Shown: piece by piece, positions 30,246-40,115 of the stretch
How the letters are laid out: every line of letters starts with the position of its first letter
How positions within the stretch are numbered: position 1 is the stretch's first letter
From: an uncultured Cytophagales bacterium
GTDB lineage: Bacteria; Bacteroidota; Bacteroidia; Cytophagales; Bernardetiaceae
Length of the DNA stretch: 64,000 nucleotides
Reading direction: 5' to 3'
Assembly (NCBI GenBank): GCA_963761725.1
Contig: CAVXHP010000006.1
Coordinates: 381,534 to 445,533, forward strand
The notes under the pieces: generated by a model
Told to the model about the DNA's origin: nothing
The model's database searches: none
What the model saw: only the letters and a program-made list of their open reading frames with translations
Translations under genes and position numbers: made by a program

Positions 30246-31223
30246 ATGTCTGATTCTTCATCAATTTTGACTATTCCTCTACAAATTTCAGTTGTTATTC
30301 CTCTTTTCAATGAAGACGAATCGCTCCCTCCATTGCATGATTGGATTGTAAAAGTAATGGAAAATAATAATTTTTCGTATGAAATCATTTTTATAAATGA
30401 TGGTAGCACAGATAATTCGTGGAAGGTAATTGAAGAGTTAGCAAGTAAAAATAAAAATGTACGAGCAATTTGTTTTTCAAGAAATTATGGAAAATCACCT
30501 GCTTTAGATGCAGGGTTCAAAATTGTAAAAGGGGAAGTAGTAATTACAATGGACGCAGATTTACAAGACAGTCCAGACGAAATTCCTGAATTATATGATT
30601 TAATCAAAAATCAAAACTTTGATTTGATTTCAGGCTGGAAAAGAAAACGTCATGACCCACTTTCCAAAACACTTCCTACCAAACTTTTCAATGCTGCTAC
30701 TCGTGCATTTTCAGGAATCAAACTCAATGATTTTAATTGTGGATTAAAAGCCTATAAAGTTGAAGTAGTCAGAACATTAAATGTCTATGGAGAAATGCAC
30801 CGTTACCTTCCTGTTTTGGCAAAATGGAATGGCTTTACAAAGATAGGCGAAAAAGTAGTCGAACATAGAGCAAGGGAGTTTGGAAGCACAAAATTTGGTT
30901 TAGAACGCTTCACAAACGGACTTTTAGATTTACTTTCTGTTACCTTCATTACACGTTTCAAAAAAAAACCGATGCACTTTTTTGGTACACTCGGTTTGCT
31001 TTCCTTTTTTATAGGCTTCGGGATTGCTCTTGCAATTCTTGTAGAAAAATTCTTTGGAGCAAATGTCATAACAGAACGTGAACCCGTCGATATGCCTATT
31101 TTTTATATTTCACTTCTTGCAATTAGTGTAGGAACACAACTTTTTTTGGCTGGTTTTATTGCCGAAATGATAGTAATTCACTCTAATGAAAGAAATGATT
31201 ATATTATTTCAAAAGAATTGTAA
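30246..31223 (+). CDS. family 2 glycosyltransferase (polyprenol-phosphate/dolichol-phosphate sugar transferase-like, GtrB/ArnC-like)
   Basis: 325 aa. VVIPLFNEDESL, FINDGSTDNS, TMDADLQDSP DXD region. Two C-terminal TM helices. Confidence 0.85.
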   Translation: MSDSSSILTIPLQISVVIPLFNEDESLPPLHDWIVKVMENNNFSYEIIFINDGSTDNSWKVIEELASKNKNVRAICFSRNYGKSPALDAGFKIVKGEVVITMDADLQDSPDEIPELYDLIKNQNFDLISGWKRKRHDPLSKTLPTKLFNAATRAFSGIKLNDFNCGLKAYKVEVVRTLNVYGEMHRYLPVLAKWNGFTKIGEKVVEHRAREFGSTKFGLERFTNGLLDLLSVTFITRFKKKPMHFFGTLGLLSFFIGFGIALAILVEKFFGANVITEREPVDMPIFYISLLAISVGTQLFLAGFIAEMIVIHSNERNDYIISKEL

Positions 31224-31230
31224 CACACCT

Positions 31231-31281
31231 GTAGCATACGCTTTAGCGTGTGAAAATGCACCAAAGACTTTAGTCTTCGCA
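31231..31281. repeat. family C REP-like repeat (inverted copy)
   Basis: Reverse complement reads cgaagactaaagtctttggtgcattttcacacgctaaagcgtatgctaca. Confidence 0.7.
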
Positions 31282-31288
31282 AAAATAG

Positions 31289-31726
31289 TTATTTAAACAA
31301 ATCCTTCAATTTATATTTGTATTTTTCAAACATTCCTTCTGAATAGGTCTCAACGGCTTTCATACCTGCTTTTTTGACAAAACCTGTTACGACAGGAAAC
31401 AAAGCAGCCAATAAAGAGGCTTTTACACCTTTCATGAAAGATTGAGGAGAAACATCGCTTTGAGAAGAATTATTGGTATTGCCTTGAGGAGCTTGAACAT
31501 AGACAATTTGAGGTTCGTTTTGCTTTTTGCTTTTACCAAAAACTTTACGTCCCAAAAATCCTACTACTTTTATTCCTACATAAGCAGAAGCTCCACCAAT
31601 AAGAGCTAGTTTTGCTACATTTTTAGATACATTTTTGGTGTCTTCAATTTGTTCTTTTAAAGCAATTTTTTGAGCAAATTGCATCTCTTCTAATTCTTTT
31701 TTATGTAAATCTAAAGGCTTATTCAT
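31289..31726 (-). CDS. hypothetical protein (coiled-coil N-terminus plus glycine-zipper TM)
   Basis: 145-aa ORF. No confident family. Confidence 0.4.
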   Translation of the reverse strand: MNKPLDLHKKELEEMQFAQKIALKEQIEDTKNVSKNVAKLALIGGASAYVGIKVVGFLGRKVFGKSKKQNEPQIVYVQAPQGNTNNSSQSDVSPQSFMKGVKASLLAALFPVVTGFVKKAGMKAVETYSEGMFEKYKYKLKDLFK

Positions 31727-32064
31727 AATTTTGATATAGTTTAAAAAATGATATGTGTAGATAAGAAATAAGAATTAAATAAACTGCTACTTTCAAAACC
31801 ATAACTAGTTAATATTCAATTAATTAAATCCGTAATTGATTGATTACTCTCCTTTTATTTGTCTTTTCAATTCTTCATTACGAAGGTCTGTTTCCTCGTT
31901 TACTTGTTCTATAAGTGCTTTTTTTGCTTCTTCTTCTGTAAGAGTAGGTTTTACTTTTTCGTGCCTAATATCATCATCCATAATTCCTTTTTCTATATTC
32001 TTACGAGTAGTAGATTTTGGATATAATATTTGAGGAATTGTCTTGAGTTCTAAAGGCGTTCCTT

Positions 32065-32427
32065 TTATTCCATTCTGTTACTCCATCTTTCTACTTTTGA
32101 TTTAATCATAGATTGCATCGCAGCAAAAATAACAGCTAAAATAACATAAAATCCTGTTAGAATAGAAAATCCTGTCCAATAACGAGAATTAAAAAACCAT
32201 TCACTAATTCCAAAACCAAGCATAAGATTAAGGAAAAGAAAAATACAAAGTCCTAAAAAAGCAAAACCTGCTCCTTTGATTGCTCCATGAATAGCCTTTG
32301 TTCCACTATCAACAACGGATGTTTTTATAGTTTCAGATTGTAGCGTAACATAAAGGCGTATTTGTTCGGTAAGTGCATTTATTCCGAAATAATCCTTAAT
32401 TTGTTCTATTATTTGTTGTTTATTCAC
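32065..32427 (-). CDS. hypothetical small membrane protein (phage holin-X/holin family 3-like topology)
   Basis: 120 aa with two predicted TM helices (GFAFLGLCIFLFLNLMLGF, FSILTGFYVILAVIFAAM). Confidence 0.35.
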   Translation of the reverse strand: MNKQQIIEQIKDYFGINALTEQIRLYVTLQSETIKTSVVDSGTKAIHGAIKGAGFAFLGLCIFLFLNLMLGFGISEWFFNSRYWTGFSILTGFYVILAVIFAAMQSMIKSKVERWSNRME

Positions 32428-32708
32428 GATATATAAAAGTTTCAGTTGAAAAAATGGAATTCCTAATTATAAAAAAATCGAAAAATTAAAAGTTACAGCA
32501 AAAAAATCTTCCTTTGTAATTAAATGTTAAAAGTAACTATTTTTAAAGATTTCACAAAGACTATTTTTCAAACACTCATTTCAAAAAAAAGTTTAATCAA
32601 TTCTAAATTTTATCTTTGTTGAATGAATACTATTCAAAAAGCTGTATTTGCAAAACCAGAATCAAACAAAATCAATTGTTGATAAAATCGCTAAACCACA
32701 AGTCAAAA

Positions 32709-34035
32709 ATGAATTCATTTATCTATATTATTCTTCTACCTATTTTAGTTTTCTCTTGTACAAATAATAAAGTTGCTATTTCTAAAGAAGAAAATAAAAC
32801 AGAAACAATACATCAAGATTCTAGCAAAATAAGCCAGAAAGGAATTGTAATAGCTACTAACAAACTAATTATAGGAGCTGCACAAACTGAAAAGTATTTT
32901 GATTTAATCAAAAATAAGCGTGTCGGACTAGTTGTAAATCATACTTCAGTAGTTTATACTGAAAATGATTCACTTCATTTAGTAGATTTTTTACTCAAAA
33001 ATAAGAATGAGAACAAAATAAATATACAAACAATTTTTGCACCCGAACACGGTTTTCGGGGAACAGCAAGTGCAGGAGAGACTATCAAAAATGGAAAAGA
33101 TACAAAAACAGGAATTGATATAATTTCTCTTTATGGTAAAAACAAAAAACCAACTAAAGAACAGCTAAATAATATCGATGTTTTGATATTTGATATTCAA
33201 GACGTTGGTACCCGTTTTTATACTTACATTAGTACAATGCACTATTGTATGGAAGCTGCTGCCGAAAATAACAAACAAATAATTATCTTAGATAGACCAA
33301 ACCCAAATGGTTTTTATGTCGATGGTTGTATCAGAGAGGAAAAATACGAAGTCTTTTGTAGGAATGCACCCTATTCCGATTGTTCACGGACTTACAGTAG
33401 GCGAGCTTGCCAAAATGATTGAAGAAGAAAAATGGCTCAAAAATGAAAAAAAAGAAGTCGTACAATTAAAAGAAAATTTAATACTTATTCCTTGTCAAAA
33501 CTATTCTCACAAAGATAAATATAATTTACCTACTGCACCTTCTCCAAACCTACCTACTCAAAATTCAATTTTAATTTATCCTTCTCTATGCCTTTTTGAG
33601 GGAACAACAATGAGTGTCGGACGTGGAACAACTTTTCCTTTTGAAGTAGTAGGACATCCAAAATTCCCCAAAGAAAATGCATCTATTTCATTTACTCCGA
33701 TACCAAACGAAGGAGCAAAATACCCTCCTCTTGAAAATAAATTATGTTATGGAATCGATTACCAAACCCAAGAATTAGAAAGTAGTTTTTCATTAAAGCC
33801 TATTTTAAACTTTTATCAAATTATGAAAGATAAAGACTTAGAGGGAAAAGATAAAAGAGATAAAAAAGATAATTTCTTTAATTCCTACTTCAACACACTT
33901 GCAGGAAATGATAAACTACAAGCACAAATAAAAGAAGGTCTATCGGAGCAGGAAATCAAAGCAACATGGAAAGAAGATTTACAGACCTATAAAATAATGA
34001 GAAAAAAATATCTATTATATGAAGATTTTGAGTAG
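32709..34035 (+). pseudogene. DUF1343 / NamZ-like exo-beta-N-acetylmuramidase lipoprotein, split by a frameshift near 33335
   Basis: ORFs 32616..33422 (lipoprotein signal MNSFIYIILLPILVFSC from 32709) and 33307..34035 contain DUF1343 motifs (VGLVVNHTSV, DIQDVGTRFYTY, SFVGMHPIPIVHGLTVGELA). The frames join at gaggaaaaatacgaag. Confidence 0.65.
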
Positions 34036-34314
34036 CTTTTGAAGCTCAGAAGACTACTACTTGTGTTTTTTGCTTATTTCTCTTCAAACTCTATAATTTC
34101 AAAAACATATTCATATTTCCTCTGCGTTTCAAAAACGTATTTCGTTGATAAATAAAAAACAAAGTATTTTCATTAGTTTTTTTGAAAATATCTAAAAAAG
34201 TAGTTTCTTTGCAGTCTCAAATTTTTCTCTTAAAAAGAACATAAAGTTTGAGAGTCAGAGATATTCAAATCAACTTTGACTAAAAAAAATTCTGAAAAAT
34301 AAGCAAGTAAATAT

Positions 34315-34689
34315 ATGTTATACGTCTTAATAAGCATTGTACTTTTTGTTGCCATTTTATTAATGGTAGTAGTACTAGCACAAGAACCAAAAGGTAGTGG
34401 AATCTCTAAAGAATTTGGAGGTGCAGGAGCAAACCAGATTATGGGAGCAAAGAACACCACTAACATCATGGAAAAAATCACTTGGACGCTCATTGCTATT
34501 GTTTTTGCTGGAAGTATTGCAGCAACGTTACTTACTGATGCAGAAGCACCAACTTATGTTAGTCCAAATGTTGAAAGAGCAAACGAACAAGTTATTCCTA
34601 ATCAACTTGAAAATAGTGGTTCTCAACTTGAAGAAAACGATCCTACAAATCTTTCTGATCCTGAAAAAGGAGAAAAGACAGGAAACTAG
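34315..34689 (+). CDS. secG: preprotein translocase subunit SecG
   Basis: 124 aa. LAQEPKGSGISKEFGGAGANQIMG plus a second TM helix, with C-terminal extension. Confidence 0.8.
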   Translation: MLYVLISIVLFVAILLMVVVLAQEPKGSGISKEFGGAGANQIMGAKNTTNIMEKITWTLIAIVFAGSIAATLLTDAEAPTYVSPNVERANEQVIPNQLENSGSQLEENDPTNLSDPEKGEKTGN

Positions 34690-35050
34690 TACAAGAGTTA
34701 GTTATCGTTTTGTTTTCATTTCTAAATAATTCAACTTCAAAAAACTTTTGACGAATTTTAACGATATTATTTAGAAATGAAACTAAAAAAAGCAAAAATG
34801 AATTATATATCTGATTATACAGATTAATTTAAGTTTTCAAAGGTCTAGCTTTAAATGAATTAGTATATAATTCGAAAAATAATTCAAAATTTAATTTCAA
34901 ATATTTGGATTGTAAAAATAAAGTCTTTACTTTTGCACTCGCTTTAACACACAAACTAAACACAAATTTAATTTGTTTTAAGTGTTTTAAAAATAGTGTT
35001 TTAAAAAATACTATTTAAAAAGCAGGTTGAGAAACCTAAACAATCTAGTT

Positions 35051-35133
35051 GGGGGGATACCAAAGCGGCCAACTGGGACGGACTGTAAATCCGTTGATTC
35101 ATTTCTTCGCAGGTTCGAATCCTGCTCCCCCCA
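35051..35133 (+). tRNA. tRNA-Tyr (anticodon GTA)
   Basis: Hand-folded cloverleaf: acceptor stem GGGGGGA/TCCCCCC, anticodon loop cTGTAAa, long variable arm, T-loop GTTCGAATC. Confidence 0.85.
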
Positions 35134-35268
35134 CAAATAGTTTTTATAATTACATTTATGTGATTGAAAAAATTATTTTTATATTTATTCATTAGGAATA
35201 GATGGTATTATTTCAAATAAAACCAAACTTTGATTTTTAAAATTCTATTTTAAAATTTCAATTTATAT

Positions 35269-35341
35269 GCGAGAGTAGCTCAGTTGGTAGAGCGACAGCC
35301 TTCCAAGCTGTAGGTCGCGGGTTCGAGCCTCGTCTCTCGCT
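35269..35341 (+). tRNA. tRNA-Gly (anticodon TCC)
   Basis: Acceptor stem GCGAGAG/CTCTCGC, anticodon loop cTTCCAa, T-loop GGTTCGAGCC. Confidence 0.85.
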
Positions 35342-35526
35342 CTAATATAATCTGATACATAACTATTGGTATTTTTTATAGCATTACTTATTAGATACAT
35401 TTTTTGTAAAAATTTTTCTAATTAAAAAACAAACTTTTCACTAATCTCTATTTTAATATTTTTAGACTAATCCTCCAAAAAATAAAGTAAGATATTAGAG
35501 TATGGAAAGTTTCTATCATGCTATAA

Positions 35527-35598
35527 GCCGATGTAGCTCAGGGGTAGAGCGCTTCCTTGGTAAGGAAGAGGTCGTGGGTTCAATTCCCATCGTTGGCT
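35527..35598 (+). tRNA. tRNA-Thr (anticodon GGT)
   Basis: Acceptor stem GCCGATG/CGTTGGC, anticodon stem-loop cttcc-TTGGTAA-ggaag, T-loop GGTTCAATTCC. Confidence 0.8.
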
Positions 35599-35694
35599 CT
35601 ACGAATGGCTCTACCAAATGTATCAAATAGGTTATGTTTTATTAAGAATTACCTTTTCATACTATTCTCATACTATTTTAAATTCTTTGTTAAG

Positions 35695-36879
35695 ATGGCT
35701 AAGGAAACCTTCAACCGAGCGAAACCTCACGTAAATATCGGAACTATTGGTCACGTTGACCACGGTAAAACTACTTTAACTGCTGCAATTACGAAAGTAT
35801 TGGCAGATGCAGGTTATTCTGCAGCTCGTAGCTTTGACTCTATTGACAACGCTCCTGAGGAGAAAGAGCGTGGTATTACTATCAACACTTCTCACGTAGA
35901 GTATGAGACTTTAAATCGTCATTATGCTCACGTTGATTGTCCAGGTCACGCCGATTATGTGAAAAACATGGTTACGGGTGCTGCTCAAATGGACGGTGCT
36001 ATTCTTGTAGTAGCTGCTACTGATGGTCCTATGCCTCAAACTCGTGAACACATTCTTTTGGCTCGCCAAGTAGGTGTTCCTTCTATCGTTGTATTCATGA
36101 ATAAAGTGGATATGGTAGATGATGAAGAATTATTAGAACTTGTAGAAATGGAAATTCGTGATCTTTTGAGTTTCTATGATTTTGACGGTGATAATATTCC
36201 AGTTGTTCAAGGTTCTGCACTTGGTGCATTGAACGGAGAAGGCAAATGGGTAGATACTGTTTTAGCATTAATGGCTGCTGTTGATGAGAGCATTCCAATG
36301 CCTCCTCGTATTACAGACAAACCATTCTTGATGCCAGTAGAGGACGTGTTCTCAATTACTGGTCGTGGTACTGTTGCTACAGGTCGTGTAGAGCGTGGTG
36401 CTATCAAAGTAGGTGAGCCAATCGAAATCTTAGGATTAGGTGAAGCTCCAATCAAATCTACTGTTACAGGTGTAGAGATGTTCCGTAAATTATTAGATGC
36501 TGCTGAAGCTGGTGATAACGCTGGTATTCTTTTACGTGGTGTTGATAAAGAACAAATCAAACGTGGTATGGTAATCGCTAAACCAGGTTCTGTAACTACT
36601 CATACTAAATTTAAAGCAGAAGTTTACGTATTGAAGAAAGAAGAAGGTGGACGTCATACTCCATTCTTTAAAGGATATAATCCTCAATTCTACTTCCGTA
36701 CAACTGACGTAACTGGTGCTATTGAACTTCCTGAAGGCGTAGAAATGGTAATGCCTGGTGATAATATCACTATTACTGTTGAGCTTTTGAAGCCAATTGC
36801 AATGGAAAAAGGTCTTCGTTTCGCTATTCGTGAAGGTGGACGTACAGTAGGTGCTGGTCAAGTAACTGAAATTCTTTAA
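35695..36879 (+). CDS. tuf: elongation factor Tu
   Basis: [33 protein letters not shown]... The six-frame ORF starts at 35557, but the true start is the ATG at 35695, downstream of tRNA-Thr. Confidence 0.97.
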   Translation: MAKETFNRAKPHVNIGTIGHVDHGKTTLTAAITKVLADAGYSAARSFDSIDNAPEEKERGITINTSHVEYETLNRHYAHVDCPGHADYVKNMVTGAAQMDGAILVVAATDGPMPQTREHILLARQVGVPSIVVFMNKVDMVDDEELLELVEMEIRDLLSFYDFDGDNIPVVQGSALGALNGEGKWVDTVLALMAAVDESIPMPPRITDKPFLMPVEDVFSITGRGTVATGRVERGAIKVGEPIEILGLGEAPIKSTVTGVEMFRKLLDAAEAGDNAGILLRGVDKEQIKRGMVIAKPGSVTTHTKFKAEVYVLKKEEGGRHTPFFKGYNPQFYFRTTDVTGAIELPEGVEMVMPGDNITITVELLKPIAMEKGLRFAIREGGRTVGAGQVTEIL

Positions 36880-36936
36880 TCTAAAATTTTATTCTTTTGA
36901 ATAAAAAATACGATTAATTGAGCTATAAATATTAAA

Positions 36937-36976
36937 ATGACATTATTTTCTTTTGAAAGTGATGTCATTTTTTTAT
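36937..36976 (+). terminator. intrinsic terminator of tuf
   Basis: Stem atgacat ... atgtcat followed by ttttttt. Confidence 0.6.
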
Positions 36977-37001
36977 GTTTAAATATTATTTCTACTTCAA
37001 T

Positions 37002-37234
37002 ATGAGTGTCATTGGCAAAAATCAAAATAGGCATTTATTAGCTACAGAGTAGCTTTACCTTGGTAGAACAAAAGTAAAATTAATTTGAAAAGCTACAGCG
37101 TAGCGTAACTTTATTTTTAATTGCCAATTGCAAGGTTTCGCTGCTCTGTAGCTCTATTAAAGTACGTTTTTGATGTTCTACCAAGGTTACGTTGCGGCTA
37201 CAACTAAAAGTCAATATCTGAAAATAACATTCAT
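37002..37234. repeat. MITE-like palindromic repeat, family A, copy 3
   Basis: atgagtgtcattggcaaaaatcaaaataggcatttattagctacagagtagc...aaagtcaatatctgaaaataacattcat. Aligns with copies 1 and 2. Confidence 0.8.
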
Positions 37235-37945
37235 ATTTCTACTTGATTACTATTCTAAAATATTTTTAATTTCGTTTTTTTTGATATATTCAAGCTATGA
37301 AACGATTATTCTATCTTATTTCGGCTCTACTTTTTTGTCTTGGAATTATGTTTTACAAACAAACTCCTACTTACAATCCTTTTGATGAGGTTTTTGATGT
37401 TGATATAAATCAACTTGTAGAATGTGATACAATTTTTGCAGAATGTGGGTATATTCAATTTTCAACTAAAAACAGATAAAAATTTGAAATGTTTATTATC
37501 ATCTTTGGGAAGATTGATAATATTGTTTCAAAATGTTTTACTTATGTGGAAGATACTATTTCTATTCCAGAAAAGTATGATCATGAGAATTATTTGATTC
37601 TGTAATGAAATTACCCACCAATATAAAGAATTTTAATAATCATTAAATGAATTTGATTATTTCTATTTGGACAAAAGTAAAGATGGTTATTATACAAAAA
37701 TAAAAATTATTCATAAAACATCATCTTGATACAATTACAACTTCATTAGATTGGCAAGAGTTAGAAAACGATTCTACAAAAATCGTTCGTACCATAAGCT
37801 ATTATAAAATCAAACCAAGAATATATTCGTAATGCCAATGGAGGTTTCATAGAGTAAAATAAGTAATTATTTAATCTAAAAACTAAATTTCATTCTTTCG
37901 GTTTAGGATATTTAAAATCCAACTCATAAAATTAATTCTACCAAA

Positions 37946-39366
37946 AATGAAATTCTTTTATTCCCTTTCACTATTTCTATTCATTTCTTCTTTATCTTTG
38001 CTCAAAAAACTCAATTACCTATCTCTGAATATGACCCTAAAATTTATGAAATTATAAAAAATACTTCTACTCAAAATGTAGAAAACGATGTCAAAAAATT
38101 AGCAGACTTCGGAACTCGTCATACGCTTTCTGATACTGTTTCAGAAACTCGTGGAATTGGTGCAGCCAGAAGATGGATAAAAGCAGAGTTTGATAAAATT
38201 TCGGCAGCTTGTAATGGTTGTTTGGAAGTATCATATCAAAGAAATTTACTCAAAAAAGGAGCAAACGAACGCATTGTAAATGATGTTTGGATTGTCAATG
38301 TAATTGCAGTTTTGAGAGGAACAGAGAATCCAACTAGTTATGCTATAATGGCTGGTGATATTGATTCTCGTGCTTCTGATGTTACTAATTTTACAATTGA
38401 TGCTCCAGGTGCAAATGATAATGCTACAGGAATTGCTGGAATTTTGGAAGCTGCACGAGTTTTGTCAAAATATCATTTAAAGATGGAAGTAAGTTTAAAA
38501 ATAGTGTTGTATTTGCAGCACTTTCTGGAGAAGAACAAGGACTTTTCGGAGGACAGTTTATGGCAAAACAAGCCAAAAAAGACGGTTGGGATATTATTGG
38601 AGTAATTAATAATGATATGATTGGAAATATTGAAGGTGTTGATGGAGTAATTGATAATCGCAGTTTTCGTATTTTTTCAGAACCAACACCTGTTACAGAA
38701 ACTGAACAGGAGAGAAATAGAAGACGTTATTATGGAGGAGAAATAGATGGTGTTTCTCGTCAACTTGCTCGCTACATCCATTCTACTACTCAAAAATACA
38801 TGCCTGAAATGAACCCTACTATGATTTATCGCTTAGATAGATTTGGCAGAGGTGGACATCACAAACCTTTTAATGATGAAGGTTTTGCAGGAGTTCGTAT
38901 CATGGAAAGCCACGAAAATTATAACCGTCAGCATCAAGATATTAGAGTAGAAAACGGAATAAAATATGGCGATGTAGTAGAGGGAGTAAATTTTGACTAT
39001 TTGGCAAAACTTACTTCTGTCAATGCAATTGTACTTGCCAATTTGGGTTGGTCACCTTTAGCACCTCAAAATGTAAAAATTGGTGGAGCAGTTCAGCCTT
39101 CAACTACACTTTCTTGGGACAAGCCAAAACAAGACAATTCTACAATAATTGGTTACAAAGTTTATTGGAGAGAAACCACAGCTCCACAATGGAAAAATGC
39201 TCGTTTTGTGCCAAAAGAATTGTATCAAGATAATGGAAATACAAAAGAACAGATTACCTTTGTACTAGAAAATATCGTCATCGATAATTATCTTTTCGGA
39301 GTAGCTACGGTTGATGAAAATGGATATGAAAGTATAGTAAGTTTTCCAAAAGAAGTAATTCGATAA
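37946..39366 (+). pseudogene. M28-family aminopeptidase with C-terminal fibronectin-III-like domain, split by two frameshifts
   Basis: Signal peptide MKFFYSLSLFLFISS in frame A. Frame B 38001..38605 has DIDSRASDVTNFTIDAPGANDNATGIAGILEAARV. Frame C 38560..39366 has GQFMAKQAKKDGWDIIGVINNDMIGN... Frameshifts at ctcaaaaaactc (~38003) and catttaaagatgg (~38545). Confidence 0.65.
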
Positions 39367-39487
39367 AAATTACGGATTACGGATTACGGATTACGGACTA
39401 AAAGCTATGAACTACAAATACCAATCAAAACATATTTAACTGAAATTAACTGGTTACTGATTACTGGTAACTGCTAACTGACAAAGA

Positions 39488-39874
39488 ATGGAAATAGAAG
39501 ATTACAACGACGCAGAATTAGACACCAAATATTTAGGCAAATTGACGACAAACTTCGTTAAGATTGCAGATAATCTGAAAGAAGCAGGTTATCAAATAAA
39601 AAAAAGAGGTTTTTCTTCCTATCCTATTTTTCCTATTTGTAAATCAAAACAACCTATCGGACAGGTTTTGTTTGCAAAAAATGATATGCCAGAATTAGAA
39701 TGGGATTATTACGCTTCTTTTTTGGAAGAGTTTGAGCAGAGAAATATTTTGGATAAAGAAGGAAGCAAGCGTTTTAAGGCAGCTTACAAAAACCCAGATG
39801 AGTTTTGCTGTCTTTTTGTGATTGATGAAACTTTTACACGATTTGTTTTTGTGCCTTATCCAGAGGAGGAATAG
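39488..39874 (+). CDS. hypothetical protein (128 aa)
   Basis: ORF only. No recognisable family. Confidence 0.4.
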   Translation: MEIEDYNDAELDTKYLGKLTTNFVKIADNLKEAGYQIKKRGFSSYPIFPICKSKQPIGQVLFAKNDMPELEWDYYASFLEEFEQRNILDKEGSKRFKAAYKNPDEFCCLFVIDETFTRFVFVPYPEEE

Positions 39875-40115
39875 AATTGAAAATGTAATAATTAATTCAA
39901 GTTGCGTATCACAGACTTCCTAGTTTGTGTAAATAGTAAAACAAGCCTTTTCAAAACAAAAATGCCTATCCATTCAGACTAGGAAGTCTGAAATACGTAT
40001 AATCCAGAACTTAAGTTAATTATATAAATGGGAACTTGAAATTTCAGGTTTCCATTTTTTTTGAAACCTATTATTGCATAGCTAATCAAAACAAAATTGA
40101 CAAATAGAAGTTGAA

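Noticed and set aside
35001-35192. 63-aa minus-strand ORF
   Set aside because: Overlaps tRNA-Tyr on the opposite strand. Spurious.
35557-35694. N-terminal 46-aa extension of the tuf six-frame ORF
   Set aside because: The extension runs through tRNA-Thr and is not conserved EF-Tu sequence. The true start is the ATG at 35695 (MAKETF...).
36095-36861. Three minus-strand ORFs (67-117 aa) within tuf
   Set aside because: Antisense to elongation factor Tu. No independent support.
39369-39402. (ttacgga)x4 as a possible CRISPR or rRNA fragment
   Set aside because: Too short, with no spacers. Interpreted as a member of the CGTAAT motif family instead.
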